Of a stretch of 62,492 nucleotides of DNA, positions 9,455 through 19,216 are shown one piece after another. Below the pieces are notes generated by a model that worked only from the letters and a program-made list of their open reading frames with translations, was not told where the DNA came from and did no database searches. Position 1 is the stretch's first letter, and each line of letters opens with the position of its first letter. Location of the stretch: the IMG/VR virus record IMGVR_UViG_3300047477_000250, positions 1 through 62,492 of that record. One strand, given 5' to 3'. The translations under genes and the position numbers were made by a program. The stretch comes from a virus (taxonomy: Duplodnaviria > Caudoviricetes).

Positions 9455-9877
9455 ATGACTCAATTAGTACAACTTGCTAAAGTTATGTCTGAAACTTTTC
9501 ATTCAAATCAAAAATATGGAATTGAAGATTACTTTAAATACCATATAGAAGGTGTTGTTAATTCTTTAAAACTTCATAATTTTTGTGAAGACTATGTGAT
9601 AGTGGGATATTTACATGATCTTGCTGAGGATACTTCAATTTCTTTAGATACTATTTACAATCTTTTTGGTAAGACTATTGGTGATGCTGTAAAAGCTATT
9701 ACTAAAGTTAAAGATGAACCAAGAATAAATTATTTATCTCGTTGCGCTTCAAATCCTATTGCTCGTATGGTTAAGTTACATGATGCACTATTTAATGCAA
9801 CTAATTGCCATAAAAACAAAAATAAGACTAAAGTTAATTATTATTTAGATACTATTAATTCTTTAAAAGTAATGTAG
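9455..9877 (+). CDS. HD-domain hydrolase, small RelA/SpoT (Mesh1-like) type
   Basis: HxxQ...YxxH, LHDxxEDT, VKLxD...N motifs. Confidence 0.8.
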   Translation: MTQLVQLAKVMSETFHSNQKYGIEDYFKYHIEGVVNSLKLHNFCEDYVIVGYLHDLAEDTSISLDTIYNLFGKTIGDAVKAITKVKDEPRINYLSRCASNPIARMVKLHDALFNATNCHKNKNKTKVNYYLDTINSLKVM

Positions 9878-10260
9878 TAATGAAAGGTAATAGTGTAGCT
9901 AGGTGTATGAACATTGTTAATCGTAATAGTGTTCATAAAAATCTTAAAGATGAATTAGAGAAAGATAATAAGTTTTGGATAGGTGAAGAATTTAAAGAAA
10001 TTGATTATTCATTTTTAAATGATGACTCAATATGTAATTTATTTGAGTCTACTTTAGAAACTCAAATAAAAATGGAAGATTAATAATGATTACTTTAATA
10101 GTAAATATTCTTATGTTTGTAAGAAACAGATTAAGAATTACAACTATGAAATAAATGTACTCGTAAATATGTTGTGTATTAGTAATAGAGGTATTACTTG
10201 TTTACAGATGTTTATCGCTGTATTGAATGTGAAGAACTTATTAAAAATTAAGGCTTATGA

Positions 10261-10653
10261 ATGAATTTTATAAAAAATATACTAGAAGACAAACAGTTCC
10301 AAGAACTAGCTAAAACTTGTACTCAAATCTTAGAGAGAGTACAAGAAAATCTAAGTACAGAATCTAAAATGAAATCTGATTCTAATACTAAAGCTAATAC
10401 TTCTAATCCAGAACCTAAAGCAAAAGATTCTTCTCTTTTACAACATTTGATTTCTCTGTATGAGAATCTAATTGGTGCTAAATTTCAGCATCGTCGTAAA
10501 GGAACAACTTATATCTTAAATGAAATCTTAAATACACAAAGTGATGATTTTGAAAAAACACCTGTAATGGTTACATATTATGATATAAATAAAAAGACAA
10601 AATGGTGTAGGCCATTGACTGAATTTCATTCGAATTTTAGTTTAATTACCTAA
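10261..10653 (+). CDS. hypothetical protein, DUF1653-like C-terminus
   Basis: FQHxxKGxxY...VxY...WCRPxxEF. Confidence 0.55.
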   Translation: MNFIKNILEDKQFQELAKTCTQILERVQENLSTESKMKSDSNTKANTSNPEPKAKDSSLLQHLISLYENLIGAKFQHRRKGTTYILNEILNTQSDDFEKTPVMVTYYDINKKTKWCRPLTEFHSNFSLIT

Positions 10654-10659
10654 TTTTAA

Positions 10660-10716
10660 AGACTACTAACAGCAACTTAAAAAATTGTTTATTGGAAAAC
10701 TAAAAATAGTAGTCTG
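10660..10716 (+). repeat. ACAGCAA hairpin element, copy 3
   Basis: AGACTACTA/TAGTAGTCT stem. Confidence 0.7.
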
Positions 10717-10743
10717 AATTTAATTCATTAAAGGTATAACAAC

Positions 10744-10992
10744 ATGTTAACTAAAGAACAATTGCAAAAACTTATTGGTATAGAGATATTTGTAAATAAT
10801 AATAGTTTTAAATTTACTATCTTTAGTGTTGAAGACGAATTAATGAAAGTCAGATGGGATAATAGTGCTATTGATTCAGACATGTATATTTTAAATTTTA
10901 ACAAAAATATGTTACCTAAAATATTCATGTATGCTTCTGATGAAACAGATGACCTTATATCAGTAAAAGATTTTATTGAAATTATTGATTAA
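10744..10992 (+). CDS. hypothetical protein
   Basis: ORF track. Confidence 0.6.
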   Translation: MLTKEQLQKLIGIEIFVNNNSFKFTIFSVEDELMKVRWDNSAIDSDMYILNFNKNMLPKIFMYASDETDDLISVKDFIEIID

Positions 10993-11037
10993 TACTATTT
11001 TAAACTATTTTATGTCTTTACTAAAAGTAATACTACC

Positions 11038-11457
11038 ATGAACTTATTTGAACAAATTAAACAACAACGAGATATTGCTCGTAAAGAACGTAATCAAGTT
11101 ACTTTAACATTACTTAGTACACTAATTGGTGAAATTGAAACTAAACATCGTTCTAATGATAAAAACTATTCAGATTTAATACAAGCTTCTCAAAAAGTTA
11201 TTAAACAAACAATTGATTCTTGTAAAGAAATGTACGAATTAAAGAAAGATGATAAATTCTTAAATGAAATTTCAGTGTTAGAAAAATTACTTCCTAAGTC
11301 ATTAGAAGATGATGAAATTAAAGTTATTATTAACGATATTAAAGAAAAGATTTTAGATATTAAAATTCTAACAAAAGAAGTTATGTCATATTTAAAAACT
11401 AATTATTTTGGTAGATATGATAGTACAAAAGTTCTTCAATTTATAAAGGAAATTTAA
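11038..11457 (+). CDS. GatB/YqeY domain protein
   Basis: A+K+R...L..L..EI, EI.VLE.LLP..L, VM.YLK....GRYD pattern. Confidence 0.75.
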   Translation: MNLFEQIKQQRDIARKERNQVTLTLLSTLIGEIETKHRSNDKNYSDLIQASQKVIKQTIDSCKEMYELKKDDKFLNEISVLEKLLPKSLEDDEIKVIINDIKEKILDIKILTKEVMSYLKTNYFGRYDSTKVLQFIKEI

Positions 11458-11459
11458 TT

Positions 11460-11885
11460 ATGGCATTTAACCACTTAGCTTATTTTTCTGAAGATGTTCG
11501 TCGACTTTTTGTAAGAACTGATGTAGAACCTTATTTTGAAGCAATTGCTAAGCATTTAGAAGATAACTTTCAGTATAGTAGACTTTGTAGAGTTGAACGT
11601 AACTCAGAATACAAAATTAATTTAAATACCATTAGATATAATTCTTCTGGATATTTTTCAATTATGAGTAATACTGCATTTAGTGATATTAATTTTAATG
11701 ATATTACCATAGATAATTATTTTAAAATGGCTTTAAAAGTAGGTCTAATAACATTTGAGAGAATGTCTTTAGATATTCAAAATTCATTACACTATTATGC
11801 TTGTTTTTTAACTTATTGTTTGATTGAAGAGATACGTAATCAACTTCCTAATAATAACCACATACCTTGGAATTCTACTAGATGA
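11460..11885 (+). CDS. hypothetical protein
   Basis: ORF track. Confidence 0.65.
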   Translation: MAFNHLAYFSEDVRRLFVRTDVEPYFEAIAKHLEDNFQYSRLCRVERNSEYKINLNTIRYNSSGYFSIMSNTAFSDINFNDITIDNYFKMALKVGLITFERMSLDIQNSLHYYACFLTYCLIEEIRNQLPNNNHIPWNSTR

Positions 11886-12436
11886 CATTTAAAGTTTCGA
11901 TCTTAGATCAATTAATTAAACATAATCAAGCTATTATACCCACTCCTATTGAGAGTAGCATTGATATTTCAGGGGCAGCAGTTGCTGTTTCAGATTTAAA
12001 AGTCTTTTTAAAATCACGAGTTCCATCAGACAATGTTGCTCTTTTTACTAACATGTGTCAAGAAATCGTATTGCCTGGAAATCCAGAACCAAGGACTGCA
12101 ACTGCTCTATTAGAGGAAGAAGTTCCTCGTCCTAGAGGTATATGGGATCAAATTCTTCAAGCACAGCAAAATATAAACACGCAATATACAATTGAACGAA
12201 ATGGCGTTGCTGAACTTCCTACAGAACACCTTAGTGAGTCTCTAGCTCGTGGCCCTGTAACTCCACGATTTACAGCAAGAGCTGCACCTAGTTATCAAGA
12301 TATTGCACCTCCAGTCACTGATCGAGTAATTCCATTAGAAACTGAAGAACCTGTTATTCCACAAACTACTCCTTCTACTCCTGCTCCTCTTGAAGTTAGA
12401 ACATTATTTGGTGGTCAAGTTGTACTTCCAACTTGA
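11882..12436 (+). CDS. hypothetical Pro/Thr-rich protein
   Basis: ORF track. Confidence 0.65.
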   Translation: MTFKVSILDQLIKHNQAIIPTPIESSIDISGAAVAVSDLKVFLKSRVPSDNVALFTNMCQEIVLPGNPEPRTATALLEEEVPRPRGIWDQILQAQQNINTQYTIERNGVAELPTEHLSESLARGPVTPRFTARAAPSYQDIAPPVTDRVIPLETEEPVIPQTTPSTPAPLEVRTLFGGQVVLPT

Positions 12437-12657
12437 ATACAGAAATAAACTATTTTATGAATTTTATTAGTAATCTAATTTACTAATAATTTAATTTTTG
12501 TATAATAATATTAATAAGAATCTATACTGCTGGTTATTCAGAGAAAACATAAGTTACTATAAGATTGTTTATTAAGTTATTATACTAAATATACCGTTGA
12601 AATTTCAACAAATCAATTAACGACCACAAGGTCAAACCCCTTATAAGGAAAAGAAAT

Positions 12658-12861
12658 ATGTCAAATTTATTGTTAGATGCCGTTGGTACTTATCGTGTTC
12701 AATATCCACAAGCTGGTTTAGATTTAACCATTGCTGGTTATTCTCCTAATCAAATTAAGTCTGAGTTGGCTTCTCAGTACCGTGAATTAGCAACTGCTAC
12801 TGTTCAAGTAGCTGGTAACGTTGTTACTTTTGCTTTGCCATCTGGTCAAAAGAACGGATAA
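12658..12861 (+). CDS. Prokaryotic ubiquitin-like protein (PRTRC protein C-like)
   Basis: 67 aa; Y.ELATA.V...VTF....G.K.G ending in Gly; strong RBS; upstream of E2/JAB/E1-like genes. Confidence 0.75.
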   Translation: MSNLLLDAVGTYRVQYPQAGLDLTIAGYSPNQIKSELASQYRELATATVQVAGNVVTFALPSGQKNG

Positions 12862-12877
12862 TTTCGTTTTTTAAATT

Positions 12878-12916
12878 TAGGTACTAGTGTTTTATTTCAC
12901 TAGTACCTATTTTATT
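12878..12916 (+). terminator. Rho-independent terminator after the Ubl gene
   Basis: TAGGTACTAGTG/CACTAGTACCTA followed by a T tract. Confidence 0.7.
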
Positions 12917-13456
12917 CTATACTATTTATGGATCTATATGCATAATTTTTTATTAATTATATGGTCAATGTTCTTACCTTCTCGCACAACTTCAAGTGTT
13001 AGCTCAGTTGTTAATACTTATTCTAGAAAAGTAAGTGCTGAAATGACATCAAAAACCGCAGAACTTGGAAAAGAACAATATATTAATTTTCTTTATTATT
13101 TTATCACTGTAATTTTTAATAATGTAGGTAGTTCGAGCCATAAAGAATGGGTAGCATTTGAACTAAAAAGTAGAGAAGATTTTATCTTTAATACATTTAT
13201 TCTACAAAGAGGTATGATGCCTTTTAATTCATTTTTAGCTAGATCGATTCTTAGTAGATTAGCTTTTAAGATTAAAGATTTTTCTGGCACAACTTCTTAT
13301 GTACTTTTATCTATAGTAAGAGGAACAGCTAAGCTAACTGAAGATGAATTTACAGATTATCAGAATACTTTAGTAGAAAAATTAATTACTATAGATACTT
13401 CTTATGATGAAAATGTTACAGGTTTATTGAGAGGCATTGGTTCAAATGTACAATGA
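12887..13456 (+). CDS. hypothetical protein (true start probably downstream, ATG 12938 or later)
   Basis: ORF track. Confidence 0.55.
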   Translation: MFYFTSTYFILYYLWIYMHNFLLIIWSMFLPSRTTSSVSSVVNTYSRKVSAEMTSKTAELGKEQYINFLYYFITVIFNNVGSSSHKEWVAFELKSREDFIFNTFILQRGMMPFNSFLARSILSRLAFKIKDFSGTTSYVLLSIVRGTAKLTEDEFTDYQNTLVEKLITIDTSYDENVTGLLRGIGSNVQ

Positions 13457-13709
13457 TATTTTAAAAGGTTTAACTACAATAGAAGGCAATGCTAATGCTT
13501 TTGATTTAGTAAAACTTGGTAAAAATGAAATAACTGAAGAAATAATTAATTTTATTCAAGAAAATAGTATCATAAATAGTATACGAATGTATCGACAACA
13601 CATTGACTCTAGTAAAGCTGGTGCTTTAAAATTCTCCTTACCTCTTTTTTTAAATTTAAAAAATAATTTAAAAAATTGTCCTCCTGCACAAACTACAAAG
13701 TATATTTAA

Positions 13710-14549
13710 ATGAATCTTAACATTAGTATTAAAAAAGATGCTTCTGTTGCAACAGTAACAACAGAAGAAGAAGGTAAGTATGTTAATAAGACAGTTCCTT
13801 TGGAAAGTTTAATTAAATTATTTACTACCCTTAATGGAACAAAAAGAGATACAGGTTATTTAGCTTCTAACTTATTACGAGAAGATGTTGGTAATGTATC
13901 AAATCGAGCTTATTACTTTAAAAACTTTATTGCAGATTGCAGAGTGTCAGTATCTGGTAGTCTAAGAAATGTGTTAAAAACAGATAATCCTTACGGTATT
14001 AGTATTGACGAAAACGCTATTGTAATTAAAGATATGAATTACAGAGATATTGTAGGTGTTATCTCTAACAGTAATACAGATGTTTTTAATGTTAGTTATT
14101 ATAAAATTTATAATGCAGTCGTACCTCTATCTGGTGTTATTAATGATAGTACAAGACTAGTTCAAATCTTTCCTAATCAATTCGGAAATAGAGTATGCTG
14201 GCCTGATGGTTTGGATCAATCCTTTTTAAGTAAAAAGGATTTTAGTACTCAATCCACATTTGTAACTCGTTACTTATGCTCTAAATTTAATAATGATTTA
14301 TATCGTAATAGTCTCGCTACTTCTCATCTATCTTCACAAGATAAACAAGAGTATATTAACTTCTTATTAGAAATTTTTAATATTGAACGTGAAGATATAA
14401 TAAATACAATTAATGGTTATTCAGTAGCTTTACAATGTTTCTTAATATATTTCTTTTTATCTAATATTAAAAAGATTAATCCAGCAACTGTTGCTCGTAG
14501 TGAATCTGAATCAACATTAGGTGCATTCTTTTCTAATAGTGATAGATAA
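13710..14549 (+). CDS. Prokaryotic E2-like protein (PRTRC protein B-like)
   Basis: PN...VCW and SKFNNDL motifs; operon context. Confidence 0.55.
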   Translation: MNLNISIKKDASVATVTTEEEGKYVNKTVPLESLIKLFTTLNGTKRDTGYLASNLLREDVGNVSNRAYYFKNFIADCRVSVSGSLRNVLKTDNPYGISIDENAIVIKDMNYRDIVGVISNSNTDVFNVSYYKIYNAVVPLSGVINDSTRLVQIFPNQFGNRVCWPDGLDQSFLSKKDFSTQSTFVTRYLCSKFNNDLYRNSLATSHLSSQDKQEYINFLLEIFNIEREDIINTINGYSVALQCFLIYFFLSNIKKINPATVARSESESTLGAFFSNSDR

Positions 14550-14568
14550 TAATATTTTTGAGTAAGTT

Positions 14569-15458
14569 ATGATCAATAAATCTATTATAATTAAGAAGTT
14601 TAAATCTTTTGATGAAAGGTTAAAAGATTTCTCTGATAGATATAGTGTACCTCTTTATACTAATAGTATATCTTTTAATTTTAAAACTAATTTATATTAT
14701 ATTCGGTAACTTTAATATATTTAGTAGACCTTTACATTACTGTACTGAAGCTACTAAAGGTGCAAAGATAAAAATTCAAATGGGTTGTTATATTCATGGA
14801 TTATTTCTTTCATCTCCTGGTAATTATTTAAGTAGTTACTCAGGTTGTCCCGAATGTTCAAAATCTTTAATAAAGAAACCTAGAATAAAATCAAAAGAAA
14901 TAATAAAATTATTTAATGTTATACATAATAATTATTACACTTATATAGATTTACCTACTTACTCTGATAAACCTATTAATATAGTTTGCCCTACTCATGG
15001 TTCTTTCTCTATGACACCTCACCATCATAAACAAGGTAGAGGTTGTAAAGAATGTAAGAAGAATAAGAAACAAGAAAATGGAGGTTGGCGGTTACTCTGA
15101 TTGGACTAATGCTGCAATAAATTCTAAAAGTTTTGAATCATTTAAAGTCTATATAATTAGATGTTATAATGATAACGAAGAATTTATAAAGATTGGCAGA
15201 ACGTTTAGTAAATTAAATAAAAGATTTGAAGGTACATCTAAGTTACCTTATTCTTATGAAATAATTTACATTAAAGAATTTAGTAACCAACAAACTATAA
15301 CTAATAACAGTATTGAATGTTGTGAATTTGAAAAGAATTTACATAAAAAATTAAAAAGTTTTAAATATAATCCCTTATTGAAATTTAATGGATACACAGA
15401 ATGTTTCAATAAGGACTCCTTAGAATTAATCAAAGAAGATCAATTATGTCTTTTTTAA
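14569..15458 (+). CDS. Zn-finger-repeat/GIY-YIG-like homing endonuclease, recoded at CGGT 14704 and 15089 (295 aa)
   Basis: CxxHG/CPxC repeats plus KVYII...FIKIGRT...ECF; three frames join exactly at CGGN. Confidence 0.8.
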
Positions 15459-18400
15459 GTCAATTATCAACTTTTGGATTAGAAGCTTTCTCTACTGATT
15501 CCACAAAGAAATATCGTAATGCATTATTCGCTAATGGCCTATGGCAAATACGTGATGAACCAGTTGGTGAGTTTACATTAAAAGTACAAGATTTTGATGG
15601 TAAGAAATATGGATTAACTAAAGATTGTCAATTTAGTTATACACCAAAATTACCTAAGATCCCTCACACTATCTTTAATAATATTTTACAGTATTATAAA
15701 GATATTTATGCAACGCTTAAATCAGAAGTATATACTAGCATTTGCTGGGATATTGCAAAGCAAGATTATTTTATTTATGTACCAAAACAAGTAGTTTCTG
15801 GTGCAGCTGTAACGTTTGAAAATAACGCAGCGATTATGAATGATCCTAATATTGTAATTGTATGCGATGTGCATTAATTTGAGTGCCTTTATGTAGTAAT
15901 ACATATCGAATAATTGGGTGAACCTGTGTAGGAAACAGGGTGTGAGAGGAAACTCTTGCTAACGGTGAAACTTCAGAAGAAGAACAATACCGTGCTAAGT
16001 CTATCGAATAAGAAATCAATTAAATCAATTGATAGTAGATAGGAAAGTGTAACGACTAATGGGTGAAGATCTTTACTAATAATCCCGACACGAGTGCCCA
16101 ACACCCTCAATTAAGAGGGTGATGAGATAGTCTTATCTTGACATTTTTCTTCAATGAAAGAAATGAATCTTTCATATTTACGATTTAAGTGTATTTCAGA
16201 ATTATCATACATAGAAAACATAAGTAATATATTATCTTTAGCACCGTATAGACAGTCCAGAAATATTAGCTGAGTGATTAAAATAATAAGAAGTAATTCC
16301 GAAAACTTTTATATAATCCTTTAGAAAATCCTCTGTTCCTCTTATACTTATATAATAATGACCTTTTGGTTTAGAAGCGGGAACTGTTTTGAATATAGAT
16401 CCATCTCCATCAAAGTATCCTCTTAAGAAGGCTTTTCTGAATTCTTTAGGTATATTGTGTATTATAGATGGCATAGTTAATGATTTATTGGATTCTATTC
16501 CTAAATCATTTAAAGCTTTAATATGTTCTTTTCTACTTATAACGAAACGAACATGATCCTTTTTAGTTAATTGTTTAACTTCATGATCGCAACCAATATC
16601 TTCTTTTAAAGAATCAAGTATGATTCTATCTTTAGAGTGTATTGTTATTGTTAAAGATGTACTTGTTTTAGTTTTTACTAAAGCACCATCAGCTGCAATA
16701 AAGCCAACAAAATAAGCTTTTTTATCTGTGTTAATATTTCTAAAATATTCTAAATTTCCAGGATTTAGGGTGAATTTACTATCAGGTCTGTACTTTTTAA
16801 TTAAGTTGGACACACTCTGATGATATTCATTCAACTCTTCAGCTAATGATTTTATAGATCTACCTTTATCAATTTCGGATAAAATGTAATCTTTATGTTT
16901 TTCAAGTTTTAATTTCATGTATTACTCCTTACTTTTCTAGTGATGAATTAAGCCACTAGATTGTGAGTAATATTACATTTAAATTATTTGAATGTCAAGT
17001 AGATTAGTAATTAAAAAACTAATTGTAAAAAATGTCACATAATGTAATGAGTGCGTTGACCTAAGCGCACTAGATATAGTAATATATCTAAAGAAAACAA
17101 GGTGAACCTGTTTAGAAGACAGGGTGTTGTAAGAGTACTAATATATTAATGTCAAGAAAAATAACATTTAATAATACAGTGTTTCAAGAACGAGCTAATC
17201 TAATACATAAACGGCAGATATTTATACTTACATGAGTGTAATGGTTATAATACGAAAGTAACTATAACTTGTAAAATTCATGGAGAATTTATTCAATCCG
17301 TTAAACATCATTTATCTGGTAGCGGTTGTCGTAAATGTGATAACCAAAACAGAACACTAACTAATGAAGAATTCTTAAAAAGATCAAACAAAGTACACAA
17401 TAATTTATATACTTATTTAACTGAGTATATTGACTATTATACACCTATTGAAATAGTTTGTTCTTTACATGGAAAATTCTTTCAAAAACCTGCCAATCAT
17501 ATGAGAGGTTCAGGTTGTTATGAATGTGTTTCTAGTAAGATTAGTAAAGGTAACTTGAAAGATAATGAAAAATTCTTAGAAGAAATTCCTATTAGTCATA
17601 AGGATAAATATACTTATCCTGAAAAATATATAGGTGCACATACTCGCATAAATATAAACTGTAAAATACATGGTTTATTTTTATGTTCTCCTAATAATCA
17701 CGTAAGGGGAAAAGGTTGTCCTAAATGTTCTAAGTTAAGTCCTAATCGTAATGGTTGGTCTTATTCTAAATGGGATAGTGTAAGTAAAAATTCTAAGCAA
17801 TTTAATAGTTATCAGGTGTATGTTATTAAATGTTCTAATAAAGAAACAGATGAAAATTTTATAAAAATAGGTAGGACATTTACAACTATAGAAACTCGTT
17901 TTAGTGGTTCTAAAGTAATGCCTTATGATTATGAAATTTTAAATGTTACTAAATTTAATGATGCTCTTTCTTGTTGTTTAAAAGAAGAAGAGTTACATTC
18001 TAAATTTAAAAAGTATAAATATAAACCTTTAATTAAATTTAGAGGTGTATGTGAATGCTATGACTTAAATATATTAAATGAATTACAGCTAACGGTGGAA
18101 GTTTGATAGACGACATCCGTGCTAAGCATATCTTATGTAAAGACAAAGAGATATGAAAGTGTAGAGACTAGGTATTGAGTAACATAACAATATATACCCA
18201 CGAGCGCCTTGCTCCTTTAGAAATAAAGGATGATGAGATAGTCCGATCATTTACAGATCAACTAATTTTTAGTGTAGTAAATGAAGCATTGAAATTAAAA
18301 AGAATGCGATAACAAAATATGTTTGGTCAGCTGCTGATAAAGCAGATCAAAAAAGCAGTAGATTATTTGGTGTCATTGGTAAAATTTTAGATCCAACACC

Positions 18401-19202
18401 AGCAACATTATTTACTGCTGGTAGTAATCAACAAGAAGTTGTACTACAGTTGTCTGATGTATTTGATTATGAAAAAGACAAACTTCATGAAACTTCTAAT
18501 TATTCGTTACCAGAAGATGCATTTACAAATGTAACAACTCGTGCACCTACTGTTACTAAGACTACTTATGGTGGAGGAGCTACTAAAGGTAATCCTTATA
18601 AATATAATGGTTATAATGCTAATAGTATTTATAATTACGATTACTATGATGATTATAGCCCTCGTACAAGTGGAAGTAGTGTTAATACTGGTTATGCTGA
18701 AGTATATAGAGCTAAAGCTAAACTCATATCTTCTATTAATACTTTTAATTTATTATACACTATTGATGAAGTTAAATTATTTGATTTGGTTGAAACTTTC
18801 TGTGAATATATAGAAACTGAAACTAAAGCTTTTAATATTCCAACTAATTATGATTGTAATAAATTAGAAGACTCTTTAACTGCTTGTCTCAATGCATTCC
18901 AGTTGACATGTGATAGTATTGCACAAGATATAATTGAATATGAAGAAGATGATGGTGTTACAGTATCTAGTACAGTTTTAACATTGCCTAGTCCTGAAAT
19001 TAAAGAAATTAATTTTAAAACTCTTGATATGAATACATTAAATTCTGAACAAAATTTAGCATTTAATGATGGTCAAGATAGTGCCCAATTAGGTCTACAT
19101 ATTGATGAAGCCTTACGTTGGTATTCATTTACTAATGACCTAATTCCTTATTTTAAAGCTGGATATAACGAAGCTACAAGTCGTTTATCTACAACACCTT
19201 AA
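15446..19202 (+). CDS. JAB/MPN+ deubiquitinase-like peptidase; exons 15446-15874, 17035-17056, 18322-19202 (443 aa)
   Basis: Spliced product gives E...DVH-SH-NVMSAFWSAADKAD...LFGVIG, an intact HxH-x7-S-x2-D JAMM motif. Confidence 0.88.
16111..16918 (-). CDS. LAGLIDADG homing endonuclease antisense within intron 1, recoded at CGGT (16246-16243) (268 aa)
   Basis: FVGFIAADG and FLRGYFDGDG; the quadruplet restores a typical ...HLNRKYERF C-terminus. Confidence 0.85.
16970..16998 (-). promoter_or_regulatory. sigma70-type promoter for the antisense LAGLIDADG gene
   Basis: TTGACA-17-TAATAT on the minus strand; AAGGAG RBS. Confidence 0.65.
17057..18321 (+). mobile_element. Group I intron 2 in the JAB gene
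   Basis: P1 GTGCGT/GCGCAC; GTGTAGAGACTA / GAGATAGTCC core; ends AACAAAATATG. Confidence 0.9.
17149..18106 (+). CDS. Intron-encoded Zn-finger/GIY-YIG-like homing endonuclease, recoded at CGGC 17212 (318 aa)
   Basis: ATG 17149 frame joins the 17501 ORF at CGGC. Confidence 0.8.
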
Positions 19203-19216
19203 TGGTATAATAAACA

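Larger units (their letters stand above)
15875..17034 (+). mobile_element. Group I intron 1 in the JAB gene
   Basis: P1 GCAT/GTGC with U.G; AACGGTGAA/AATACCGTGCTAAG; GTGTAACGACTA and GAGATAGTC (P7); terminal G 17034. Confidence 0.9.
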
